NCBI GenBank assembly: GCA_963667465.2
Contig: CAXXDN010000002.1
Location: 1,184,001 to 1,248,000 of the forward strand
Origin: Dehalococcoidia bacterium
GTDB taxonomy: Bacteria; Chloroflexota; Dehalococcoidia; UBA2979
Length of the DNA stretch: 64,000 nt
Direction: 5' to 3'
Position 1 is the first letter of the stretch, and each line of letters starts with the position of its first letter. A program made the translations under genes and the position numbers. This document shows, one piece after another, positions 1 to 9,096 of this stretch. The notes beneath the pieces are model-generated. The model had not been told where the DNA came from. It ran no database searches and was given only the letters and a program-made list of their open reading frames with translations.

Positions 1-470
1 AGGCGGTTGCCGGTGACGTTCAGGTAGCTGAGCGCCCTGAGTTGCGCCCACTCTTTCGGAATGCCGCCCGTGAGCTGGTTGTCGTTCAGCGCCAGGCTCA
101 CGAGGGGCGTCAACTGCGAGAGGCTGGGGGGCAGCGTGCCCGCAAGCCCCCTGTCGATGAGGTTGAGGGTCGTGACGCGCCCGGATTGCACGTGCACGCC
201 GTCCCAGCTCGCGATCGCGAGGTCGGCGCTCCAGTTCAGGGTGGCCGTTCCCGCGAGTTGCGACTTGAGACCGAGCAGCACCTCGCAGTCGCGCGCGAGC
301 TCGCCGCCAGCAGGCGTGGCCCCGCCCGTCTCACACGCGGTTTGCGCCTGCGCGGCGCCGCCGCCGCTGTCGAAGCCCAGCCAGAGGCCGCTCACGACGG
401 CGAGCGAGACGACGACGCTGACCGCCACGAGCAGCCACGCGCGCTGCGCCATCGCAAGCCGCCTCGCCAT
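1..470 (-). CDS. Secreted/membrane-anchored plant-type leucine-rich-repeat protein, 5' part (runs off the window)
   Basis: Not in the ORF track. Manual minus-strand translation from ATG 470 (alt. 452): hydrophobic N-terminus, LRRNT-like cap DCEVLLGLKSQLAGTATLNWSADLAIASWDGV, then LRRs LAGTLPPSLSQLTPLVSLALNDNQLTGGIPKEWAQLRALSYLNVTGNR. Confidence 0.85.
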   Translation of the reverse strand, partial: MARRLAMAQRAWLLVAVSVVVSLAVVSGLWLGFDSGGGAAQAQTACETGGATPAGGELARDCEVLLGLKSQLAGTATLNWSADLAIASWDGVHVQSGRVTTLNLIDRGLAGTLPPSLSQLTPLVSLALNDNQLTGGIPKEWAQLRALSYLNVTGNR

Positions 471-711
471 CGTTCGCAGGTGCGTCAGGGCATTGCTCGC
501 ATGCTGCCCGCCGACTCTGTGCTTCTCTGTGCTCCCATCAATCTACACCGAGCGTGGTTGCCTCGGCGTGGCCATGGGGTCGCCGACGATTACGCCGATT
601 GCACGGACGCAGCGGCGATCCCGCCCACACGGCTCACCCTGCCGTTCCGGTCCCCTCGCCCCCGGTCATGCAGCGGGAGCGGGAGCAGAGCGGAGAGGCG
701 AGGGGCGCCGC

Positions 712-2085
712 TTACCCTCGGGTGCTCGCCTCGACGGTGACGGGGACCGGGGCCGCGTCGCGCCGCAGCGCGAGCGCCTCGATCATCCGGCCGCGCTCCT
801 CAGCCTCCACCTCCGGGGCGAAGCGCACGACGAGCACCAGGCTGGAGACCAGCACCACGAAGCCGCCGAGGAACAGGAATGCGTCCTGCGTCGTGATGCT
901 CTCGGCGCGGAACAGGAAGCCCGCCGCGACCGCGCCGGCGTTCCCGCCCGCCCCGACGATCCCGGCCACCGAGCCGAGCGCGTTGCGGTTCACGAAGGGC
1001 ACGACCGAGAACGTCGCACCCTCCGACATCTGGACGAAGATGCTGAACACGATCATCGCGGGGATCGCCAGCAGCAGGACGTCCATCCGCGAGAACACCA
1101 TCAGCGCGATGCCCTCGAGGCACAGCACGATGCCGAGGAACAGCACCCGCCCGCGCAGCCCGAAGCGCACCCCGGCGAGGTCGCCGAAGAAGCCGCCGAG
1201 TGTCCGCGCGAAGAGGTTCATCAGCCCGAACAGCCCCGCGATGAGTCCGGCCATGCCGACGCTCAGGTTGAAGTGGTCGTGGTAGTAGAGCGCGGCGACG
1301 TTGTTGATGGTCAGCTCGATGCCGAAGCATGCGCCGTAGATGACGAACAGCGCCCACACGCGCGGGTCACGCGCAGCCTCCCGGAACGAGCCTCTCGTCG
1401 CCTCGACGGGAGCAAGGTCGCCGCGCGCGCGTAGCTCGTCGAAGTTGCCGTCGGGCGCGTCCTTCGTGAAGCGCGAGTAGGCGATGCCGGTGATGAACAG
1501 CGCCACGCCCGGCACGACCATCGCAAGCCGCCAGCCGATGGTCTCGCCGACGCCGAACATCAGCACACCCGCGAGCAGGAGCGGCATCACCATCTGCGTC
1601 ACGCCGCCACCGAGGTTGCCCCAACCGGCCGTCGTCGCGTTCGCGGTGCCCACGATGTTCGGGGCGAACATCACCGAGGTGTGGTACTGCGTGATGACGA
1701 ACGACGCGCCGATGACGCCGATCGCGAGCCGGAACAGCAGGAACGACTCGTAGCTCTGCGCCAGGCCGATGCCCATCACGGGGATCGAGCCGACGATGAG
1801 CAGCCAGGTGTAGGCCCGGCGCGGACCGATGCGGTCGCTCAGCCAGCCGATCACGAGGCGGGCGACGATTGTGACCGCGACAGACGCGATGATCGTGTTG
1901 CCGATCTGCGTCTTCGTGAGACCGAGGTCGTCACGGACGATCGCCATCAGCGGCGCAATCCCGAACCACCCGAAGAACGCGAGGAAGAACGCGAACCACG
2001 ACATGTGGAACGCGCGCATCTGCACGCTCTTCAGTGAGAACAGGGAGATGCTGGTTGCCTTGTTCTGGATCTGTGCCGAGTTCAC
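712..2085 (-). CDS. narK: Nitrate/nitrite MFS transporter (NarK/NRT2 family)
   Basis: FHMSWFAFFLAFFGWF, GTANATTAGWGNLGGG, GIVGAGGNAG motifs; about 12 TM; next to nitrate and nitrite reductases. Confidence 0.93.
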   Translation of the reverse strand: MNSAQIQNKATSISLFSLKSVQMRAFHMSWFAFFLAFFGWFGIAPLMAIVRDDLGLTKTQIGNTIIASVAVTIVARLVIGWLSDRIGPRRAYTWLLIVGSIPVMGIGLAQSYESFLLFRLAIGVIGASFVITQYHTSVMFAPNIVGTANATTAGWGNLGGGVTQMVMPLLLAGVLMFGVGETIGWRLAMVVPGVALFITGIAYSRFTKDAPDGNFDELRARGDLAPVEATRGSFREAARDPRVWALFVIYGACFGIELTINNVAALYYHDHFNLSVGMAGLIAGLFGLMNLFARTLGGFFGDLAGVRFGLRGRVLFLGIVLCLEGIALMVFSRMDVLLLAIPAMIVFSIFVQMSEGATFSVVPFVNRNALGSVAGIVGAGGNAGAVAAGFLFRAESITTQDAFLFLGGFVVLVSSLVLVVRFAPEVEAEERGRMIEALALRRDAAPVPVTVEASTRG

Positions 2086-2121
2086 CGCGCGCTCCTTCCT
2101 CGCCTGCAGCGGTCGAGTAAC

Positions 2122-2175
2122 AGGCTAGGGACGGCGCGTTACCGCACCGTGCCATCCGCGTGAACTCCGGGAGAC
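2122..2175 (-). promoter_or_regulatory. Putative -10 (TAGCCT) plus four 11-bp-phased half-sites (GlnR/OmpR-like box)
   Basis: Minus strand GTCTC-n6-TTCAC-n6-GGCAC-n6-GTAAC-n10-TAGCCT; same geometry upstream of nirA. Confidence 0.6.
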
Positions 2176-2203
2176 AAGGGAATTGCGGCGAGGTGACGAG
2201 GGC

Positions 2204-4402
2204 TTATCGGCGGCGTAAACGCGGTGTTTCGCGCGATACGGCAGCGGCCGCGACCGGCTCGACGCGGACGGCGGCGAACTTCAGATCGGGCTGCTTCGAG
2301 CGTGCGTCGATGGCCTCGCTGGTGGCGTTGTTGGTGATGGCGTGGCGGTTGAAGATCTCGCCCCAGTGGAACGGCGCGAAGACCGCGCCGCTGCGGATCC
2401 TGTCGGTGACCCGCGCCTTCACCTCAAGGCTGCCGCGCCGCGAGATGACTCGCACGAGCTGCTGGTCGCGCACGCCGAGGTCATCGGCGTCGTCGGGGTG
2501 CACCTCGAGGAACGGTTCGTGCTCGCTGCGCAGCAGCTTCGGCACCTTGCCGGTGCGGGTCATCGTGTGCCACTGGTCCTTGACGCGCCCGGTGAGCAGC
2601 GCCAGGGGGTACTCGTCGCTGAGGATCTCCGCCGGCGTGCGAAACGCCGGCGCGTGGAAGCGCGCGCGGCCGTCGGGCGTGGGGAAGCGGCCCGCCCCGA
2701 ACAGCCTCGGCGACGGCGCGACCTTGCCCGTGGCGTCGGCCAGCACCGAGCCCTCGGGGTGTGGCCACTGGATGCCCGTGCCGGCCTGCCGCAGCAGGTC
2801 GTAGCTGACCCCGGTGATGTCGAGGTCGCGCCCGCGTGTCAGCTCGCGGTACTCGTCGAAGATTGCCTCGGTGTCCTCGTAGTCGAAGTCGGCGCCGTAG
2901 CCGAGGGCTTCCGCAACGCGGCAGATGATCTGCCAGTCCGGCAGCGCGAGGCCTGGCGCCTCCCCGATCTGCTCGAGCAGGCAGATGCGTCGCTCGCTGT
3001 TGGTCATCGTGCCCGGCCGCTCGGACCACTGCGCGGCGGGCAGCAGTACGTCGGCGATGCGGCCGGTCTCCGTCGGGTAGTAGGCGTCCTGCACCACGAC
3101 CAGCTCGGCGCGCTGGAGCGCCGCCCGCACGCGCTCGGCGTTGGGGAGCGACGCGACGGGGTTGGTCGCGGCGATCCACACGACCTTCACCTCGTCGAGC
3201 TCGAGCGCCTCGACCAGCTCGATCGCGGTGAGGCCGGGCCGGTCGGAGATCGAGCCGGGCTCGAGGCCCCACGCGCGCTCGACCTCGGCGCGGTGTTCGG
3301 CGTTGGCGACCACGCGGTGCCCCGGCAGCGTCGTGGCGAGGCCGCCGCACTCGCGGCCACCCATCGCGTTGGGCTGGCCGGTGAGCGAGAAGGGGCCGGC
3401 GCCGGGCTTGCCGATGTTGCCCGTCGCCAGTGAGAGGTTGATGAGCGCGAGGTTCTTGTCGACGCCCGACGTGCTCTGGTTCGCGCCCATCGTCCACAGG
3501 CTCAGCAGCGGCCCATTCGTCGCGATGATGCGCGCCGTATCGACGATCTCCTGCGCGTCGAGGCCCGTCACCGACGACGTCCGCTCGGCGGACGAGCCCT
3601 CGAGGGCGGCTTCGACGTCCGCCCAGCCGCTGGTGCGGTCCTCGATGAAACGCTGGTCCAGGCCGCCCGCGAGCCGTACCTCGAACAGCAGCGAGAGGAG
3701 CAGCGCGACGTCGGTGCCGGGAAGCACGGGCAGGTGGATGTCGGCGATCTCGGCGGTGCGGGTGCGCCGCGGGTCGACGACGATCACCCTGACGCCGTCG
3801 CGGTCGGCGCGCTTCCGCGCCTTGATGCGGTCGAACAGGATCGGGTGACACGCCTCGATGTTCGCGCCGAGGATGAGGAACGTGTTGGCTGCCTCGATGT
3901 CCTCGTACGAGGCGGGCGGCGAGTCGGCGCCGAAGGCGAGGTTGTACGCAGCGACGGCGCTGGCCATGCACAGCCGCGAGTTGGTGTCCTGGTTGTTGGT
4001 GCCGATGAAGCCCTTCGCCAGCTTGCCGAAGAGGTAGTAGTCCTCGGTCATCAACTGGCCCGATCCATACAGCATGATCGAGTCCGGCCCGTGCTCGGCG
4101 ACGTTGCGGCGGATCGACTCCGCGACGCGGTCGATCGCCTCGCCCCACCCGGTGACGCGCGTGTGCGCGCCCTTGCGGTCGCGCAGCATCGGGGTGAGCA
4201 GGCGGTCGCCGGTGTCGAAGACCTGGCCGAGCAGCGCGCCCTTGGCGCAGAGCTTGCCCTTGTTGACGGGGTGGTCGGGATCGCCGCGCACCTCGCGCGC
4301 TACGCCGTCCTTCGCGCGCACGAGCAGGCCGCAGCCGGTGCCGCAGTAGCAGCAGATGGAGCGGCGCCAGCCGTCACCCGCCAGCAGGGGCAGCCTTGCC
4401 AC
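2204..4402 (-). CDS. narB: Assimilatory nitrate reductase, Mo-bisPGD catalytic subunit (NarB/NasA type)
   Basis: CCYCGTGC...LCAKG 4Fe-4S motif, DTNSRLCMASA, SLTGQPNAMGGRE, C-terminal GRVKDQWHTMTRTG molydopterin-binding domain. Confidence 0.92.
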   Translation of the reverse strand: MARLPLLAGDGWRRSICCYCGTGCGLLVRAKDGVAREVRGDPDHPVNKGKLCAKGALLGQVFDTGDRLLTPMLRDRKGAHTRVTGWGEAIDRVAESIRRNVAEHGPDSIMLYGSGQLMTEDYYLFGKLAKGFIGTNNQDTNSRLCMASAVAAYNLAFGADSPPASYEDIEAANTFLILGANIEACHPILFDRIKARKRADRDGVRVIVVDPRRTRTAEIADIHLPVLPGTDVALLLSLLFEVRLAGGLDQRFIEDRTSGWADVEAALEGSSAERTSSVTGLDAQEIVDTARIIATNGPLLSLWTMGANQSTSGVDKNLALINLSLATGNIGKPGAGPFSLTGQPNAMGGRECGGLATTLPGHRVVANAEHRAEVERAWGLEPGSISDRPGLTAIELVEALELDEVKVVWIAATNPVASLPNAERVRAALQRAELVVVQDAYYPTETGRIADVLLPAAQWSERPGTMTNSERRICLLEQIGEAPGLALPDWQIICRVAEALGYGADFDYEDTEAIFDEYRELTRGRDLDITGVSYDLLRQAGTGIQWPHPEGSVLADATGKVAPSPRLFGAGRFPTPDGRARFHAPAFRTPAEILSDEYPLALLTGRVKDQWHTMTRTGKVPKLLRSEHEPFLEVHPDDADDLGVRDQQLVRVISRRGSLEVKARVTDRIRSGAVFAPFHWGEIFNRHAITNNATSEAIDARSKQPDLKFAAVRVEPVAAAAVSRETPRLRRR

Positions 4403-4408
4403 GTCGCA

Positions 4409-5935
4409 TCACCCGACGGCGACGAGCGCGCGCTCGCGTAGCGCCGCCGCGCCTCGCAGCGACCGCAGTTGCGCCGCTACTTCCTCCGGCAGGTCCGGCG
4501 TCAGCACGCCCTCGGCGCTGCGCTCGCCGAGCTGTGCGTCGTCGCCGAGGCGACCCCCGGCAAAGATGTCGGCCGCGTCCAGGATCTCGCCATCGACGCG
4601 CTTGCGGTCGCCGAGCAACCCGATCTCCCCCGCGCGGTGCTGGCCGCAGGCGTGCGGGCAGCCCGACATCCGGATCCGGACCGGCTCGTCGAGCTCGTAG
4701 CGCTCCTCGAGCGCGCCCGCGAGCTTGAGCGCCTCCGCCTTCGTGTCGATGAGGCTGAAGTGGCAGTAGTCGTTGCCCGTGCACGTCACCATCGAACGCA
4801 CCCACGGCGAGGGTTTCGGGCTGTAGGCCTCCAGCAGCGGCTCGGCCAGGAGCGCACCGAGGCGCTCGTCGGGCACGTTCGGGATGAGCACGTTTTGCTG
4901 GACGGTGAGCCGCAGCTCGGCGCTGCCGTACCCGGCCGCCAGCCGCCCGAACTCGATGAGGTCAGCGCCGCTCACGCGCCCGACGGGCACGAGGCAGCCG
5001 ACGACGCTGCGCCCGGGCTGGCGCTGCGCTGAGATGCCGATGTGGTCGCCGCCGTGCTTACCGGTTGCAGACTCCGCGGCGCGAGCGAGTGCGACGCCCA
5101 TGCGCTCCTCGACGGCCGCGCGGAAGCGCTCGATGCCCCACTCGCCGAGCAGCACCTTGAGCCGCGTCTGCTTGCGCTGCTCGCGCGGTCCGTGGTCGCG
5201 GAAGGTCTCGAGGATCGCGAGCGCAACGGGCACGACGCCCTCGGGCTCCACGAACACGTCGAGGGGCCGCGCCAGCTCGGGCTGCTGCCCTCCCAGCGCG
5301 CCGCCGACGAGCACGTTGAAGCCGGAGATGTCCTGCCCGGCCTCGGAGCGCGTCGCGGGCACGAAGGAGAGGTCATGCGTCTGCGCGTGGGCGCAGTCCT
5401 CGCGGCAGCCGGTGATCGAGAGGTTGAACTTGCGCGGCAGGTTGCTGAAGCGCTTGCCGCCGATGATCGCCTGCTGGAGCCGCTCGCCGAGCGTGCGCGC
5501 GTCGATCAGCTCGTCCGCGTCGAGGCCAGCGAGGGGGCAGCCTACGACGTTGCGGACGTTGTCCATGCCGCTCTGCTGCGAGTTGAGGCCGGCGGCGGCG
5601 AGGCGCTGCAGCACCCACGGGGCGTCCTCGATGGTGATCCAGCGGAGCTGGATGTTCTGGCGCGTGGTGATGTCGGCCGTGCCGCGGCCGCAGCGGTTCG
5701 CGATCTCGCCGATGGCCGTGATCTGCTCGGAGATCAGCACGCCGTTGGGGATGCGCATGCGCAGCATGAAGTAGCCCGGCGTCGCCTTGCGGTGGAACAG
5801 CCCGTACCACTTCAGCCGCTCGAAGTCGTCCGCCGGGATGGCGTCGACGCCCTCGACGGCGTAGCGGTAGAGGTCCGGCAGGACGTCGAGGCCGTCCTTC
5901 GCGGTCTTGAGTGCCTCGATGCGGTTGGGAGCCAT
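4409..5935 (-). CDS. nirA: Ferredoxin-nitrite reductase
   Basis: DITTRQNIQLR, GMDNVRN, NLPRKFN, siroheme/4Fe-4S ligands CTGNDYC and SGCPHACGQ; SD GAGGAGG. Confidence 0.93.
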   Translation of the reverse strand: MAPNRIEALKTAKDGLDVLPDLYRYAVEGVDAIPADDFERLKWYGLFHRKATPGYFMLRMRIPNGVLISEQITAIGEIANRCGRGTADITTRQNIQLRWITIEDAPWVLQRLAAAGLNSQQSGMDNVRNVVGCPLAGLDADELIDARTLGERLQQAIIGGKRFSNLPRKFNLSITGCREDCAHAQTHDLSFVPATRSEAGQDISGFNVLVGGALGGQQPELARPLDVFVEPEGVVPVALAILETFRDHGPREQRKQTRLKVLLGEWGIERFRAAVEERMGVALARAAESATGKHGGDHIGISAQRQPGRSVVGCLVPVGRVSGADLIEFGRLAAGYGSAELRLTVQQNVLIPNVPDERLGALLAEPLLEAYSPKPSPWVRSMVTCTGNDYCHFSLIDTKAEALKLAGALEERYELDEPVRIRMSGCPHACGQHRAGEIGLLGDRKRVDGEILDAADIFAGGRLGDDAQLGERSAEGVLTPDLPEEVAAQLRSLRGAAALRERALVAVG

Positions 5936-5956
5936 GGGGTGTCCTCCTCGGTCCAG

Positions 5957-6010
5957 ACGATGGCGATCGCGCGTTACGGGGTGGCGACACGCACGTGAAC
6001 GGCGCGTGAA
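5957..6010 (-). promoter_or_regulatory. Putative -10 (CATCGT) plus four 11-bp-phased half-sites (GlnR/OmpR-like box)
   Basis: Minus strand TTCAC-n6-TTCAC-n6-GTCGC-n6-GTAAC-n10-CATCGT. Confidence 0.6.
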
Positions 6011-6199
6011 CGTTCGCTTTCAGGCTCGTTGCGGCACTGCGGGCCGGGAGCGGTGCTCGAGCGCAGCAGGCACGGGACGGTGCATTGGGACACGGTCGAT
6101 CTGGTGGTGCGGATCTGGTGGGGCGCGAACCGGGTGCGGGCGATCCTCGGCCCGGTGGAGGAGAGATCCGCCTGTCGACGAGCAGCGACTCTTGTCAGT

Positions 6200-6335
6200 G
6201 AGGCGACGAGCCCCGACAGCCGCGCGCGCGAGGCCGAGCAGCACGGCCAGGTCGCGGGGGGCGATCCAGGGCCAGTCCGCGACCAGGTCGAGGGTGCGTT
6301 CCTCGGCGGGGCCGAGCGCCAATCGCGTGCGTTGC
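6200..6335 (-). pseudogene. Gene relic, wHTH-like segment (possibly replication-relaxation family)
   Basis: RLALGPAEERTLDLVADWPWIAPRDLAVLLGLARAAV reads as a helix-turn-helix; no credible start and non-protein-like flanks; family assignment from memory only. Confidence 0.35.
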
Positions 6336-6411
6336 CGCCTCCCGCACATCCGGATAGGGTGGCACAGACTCAGTATCAGTAGTGTGCGCACGCGGATTGA
6401 AGGCACCCGGG

Positions 6412-8145
6412 ATGGCGACGCAAGTCAACGACCTCGTGCGCTACGAGCCGGACGAGCGGCCGCCGTGGCCGGTGGCTGCGGGCGTGGGGGCGCAGGCTGC
6501 CCTCGTGACCGTGCCGGGGGTCGTGATCACCGTGGTGATCGTTGCGCGGATCGCCGAGCAGCCCTCGTCGTACATCGCGTGGGCCGTGTTCGCGGCGATG
6601 CTCGTCAGCGGCGTGACCACCGTGATGCAGGCCGCCCGGTTCGGCCGGGTGGGCGCGGGCCACGTGCTGATCATGGGGACCTCGGGCGCGTTCATCGCGG
6701 TCTGCGTCGCCGCGCTCGTCGAGGGCGGCCCGTCGACGATGGCGAGCCTCGTCGTCATCTCCTCGCTCTTCCAGTTCGCGATGGCGGCGCGGCTGTCCTT
6801 GCTGCGGCGGATCTTCACGCCGGTCATGGCGGGCACGGTGATCATGCTGATCGCGGCCACCGTGATGCCGATCGTCTTCGACACGCTCGACGATGTGCCC
6901 GACGCTGCTTCGAATGTCGCCGCACCCCTGACCGCGGCGGTCACCCTCGGTGTGGTGCTGGGGCTCGTCATGCGCGGCCCGGCCGCCTGGCGGCTCTGGT
7001 CGCCGATCATCGGGATCGTCGTCGGCTGCGTCGTTGCCGCCGGCTTCGGGATCTACGACCTGCAGCCCGTGCTGGACGCTGCCTGGCTGGGCGTGCCGGC
7101 GGGAGGGTGGCCAGGGTTCGACGTCACACCGGGCCAGGAGTTCTGGGCGTTACTGCCTGCGTTCATCGTCGTGACGCTGGTCGGGGCGGTCGAGACCGTC
7201 GGCGATGGCATCGCCATCCAGCGCGTCTCCCGCCGCGCGCCACGGGCGACCGACTTTCGGGTCGTGCAGGGAGCCCTCACCGCCGACGGCATGGGCAATC
7301 TGCTCTCGGGCCTCGCCGGGACGCTGCCGAACACCACCTACTCCTCGAGCATCTCGCTGGCGGAGGTGACGGGGGTGGCGGCGAGGCGAGCGGGCATCGC
7401 GATCGGCGTGATCGTGGTGGTGCTGGCGTTCCTGCCCAAGTTCGCCGCGCTGCTGGTCGCGATCCCGGGACCGGTGGTCGCGGCCTACGTGACCGTGCTG
7501 CTCGCGCTGCTCTTCGTGCAGGGCATGCGCATGGTCGTGCAGGACGGGCTGGATCATCGCAAGGCGGCGATCGCGGGCGTTGCGTTCTGGATCGGCGTCG
7601 GCTTCCAGAACGAGTCGATCTTCGCCGACCTGCTGGGGCCGTTCGCGGGTGTGCTGCTCGGCAACGGCATGACCTCGGGCGCGCTCGCCGCGGTGATCAT
7701 GATCCTGTTCATGGAGCTCACCGGCCCCCGCCGGCGCCGCCTCCAGGTCCCGCTGGAGATGGACGCGCTCCCGGCCATCGACGAGTTCCTGCGGGGCTTC
7801 GCTTCGCGCAGAGGCTGGAACGGAGCAGCGACCGACCGCCTCGCCTCGGCCGGCGAGGAGACGCTGGCGGTCCTGCTGCAGACGGGTGGCGGGGACGGCG
7901 ACGGCCGGGCGAGAAGCCTCTCGATCGTCGCTCGCATGGACGGTCCGCTGGCGCAGCTGGAGTTCGTCACGTCCTCCGCAGGCGACAACATCGAGGACCA
8001 GCTGGCGTACCTGGCCGAGCTGCCGCCCGTCCCCGACGAGGACGAGATCTCGTTCCGGCTGCTCCGGCATCACGCTTCAACGGTGCAACACCAGAAGTAC
8101 CACGGGATCGACATCGTCACCGTGGAGGTCGAGGGCGCACGCTAG
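6412..8145 (+). CDS. NCS2 (xanthine/uracil permease family) transporter with C-terminal degenerate HATPase_c/RsbW-like domain
   Basis: RYEPDERPP start, SGVTTVMQ, MGTSGAF, FTPVMAGTVIMLI, ADGMGN...PNTTYS; soluble ~135-aa tail. Confidence 0.85.
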   Translation: MATQVNDLVRYEPDERPPWPVAAGVGAQAALVTVPGVVITVVIVARIAEQPSSYIAWAVFAAMLVSGVTTVMQAARFGRVGAGHVLIMGTSGAFIAVCVAALVEGGPSTMASLVVISSLFQFAMAARLSLLRRIFTPVMAGTVIMLIAATVMPIVFDTLDDVPDAASNVAAPLTAAVTLGVVLGLVMRGPAAWRLWSPIIGIVVGCVVAAGFGIYDLQPVLDAAWLGVPAGGWPGFDVTPGQEFWALLPAFIVVTLVGAVETVGDGIAIQRVSRRAPRATDFRVVQGALTADGMGNLLSGLAGTLPNTTYSSSISLAEVTGVAARRAGIAIGVIVVVLAFLPKFAALLVAIPGPVVAAYVTVLLALLFVQGMRMVVQDGLDHRKAAIAGVAFWIGVGFQNESIFADLLGPFAGVLLGNGMTSGALAAVIMILFMELTGPRRRRLQVPLEMDALPAIDEFLRGFASRRGWNGAATDRLASAGEETLAVLLQTGGGDGDGRARSLSIVARMDGPLAQLEFVTSSAGDNIEDQLAYLAELPPVPDEDEISFRLLRHHASTVQHQKYHGIDIVTVEVEGAR

Positions 8146-8254
8146 GCCCCGCCGAACACCCTATTCCGTTCGCTCGTCGCCACCTTGGCGGAACCGGCGG
8201 CCCACCGATCGACTCACCGCGCTACCCTCGGCGCGATGCGGGAGGAGTACTACG

Positions 8255-9025
8255 ATGACCGCGATGGATCGGCCACGCGAGCAGGCGCTGGAAGGCAAGG
8301 TGGCGCTCGTCACGGGCGGTGCGTCCGGCATCGGCGCGGCGACGGTGGAGGAGCTCGCGCGCCGCGGCGCGCGCGTCGCGGTGCTGGACCGCGAGGGCGA
8401 GGGCGCCGCACGCAGCGCCGCCGCCGCCGAGGCGCTCTCCGGCGAGGCCCTGACCCTGGCCTATGACCTCACCGACACGGCGGGCATCCCCGGCGTCGTG
8501 CGCCAGGTGCTCGACGCCTTCGGGCGCCTCGACATCCTCGTGAACTGCGCCGGGATCAGCGCGCGCGGCGGGCTGCTCGACCTGGCCGAGGAGGACTGGG
8601 ACCGCGTCCACGTCGTCAACCTCAAGGCGCCGATGCTGCTGATGCAGGAGGTCGCGCGGCACATGATCGAGCGCGGCGAGGGCGGGCGGATCGTGAACGT
8701 CAGTTCCAGCTCGGCGTTCCGGGCGCGCTCGCACGTCGCCTACGCGAGCTCGAAGGCAGCGATCGTCCAGCTCTCGCGCAGCGCCGCTGCCGAGCTCGGG
8801 CCGCACGAGATCAATGTCAACGCGGTCGCGCCGGGCCTGACCCGCACCGGCATGACGGGCGACCGTGACATCGATGCGGACGCGCGCGAGGGGTACCTTT
8901 CGAACCTCTTCGGGCGCGCCGCCGAGCCGCCAGACGTGGCCGCCGCGATCGTCTTCCTCTGCCTGCCGGAGAGCCGCCAGATCACCGCGCAGACGATCCA
9001 CACTTCGGCCGGCCTCGTCGTCTGA
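8255..9025 (+). CDS. Short-chain dehydrogenase/reductase
   Basis: TGGASGIG, NCAG, YASSK; SD GGAGGAG before ATG 8255. Confidence 0.92.
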   Translation: MTAMDRPREQALEGKVALVTGGASGIGAATVEELARRGARVAVLDREGEGAARSAAAAEALSGEALTLAYDLTDTAGIPGVVRQVLDAFGRLDILVNCAGISARGGLLDLAEEDWDRVHVVNLKAPMLLMQEVARHMIERGEGGRIVNVSSSSAFRARSHVAYASSKAAIVQLSRSAAAELGPHEINVNAVAPGLTRTGMTGDRDIDADAREGYLSNLFGRAAEPPDVAAAIVFLCLPESRQITAQTIHTSAGLVV

Positions 9026-9096
9026 GCGGGCCACGCGGCAGCCGCCTTCGCGGTACCATCCGCGAGGCAGCGCGCACGCGAGCGAGGGGGTGACAC

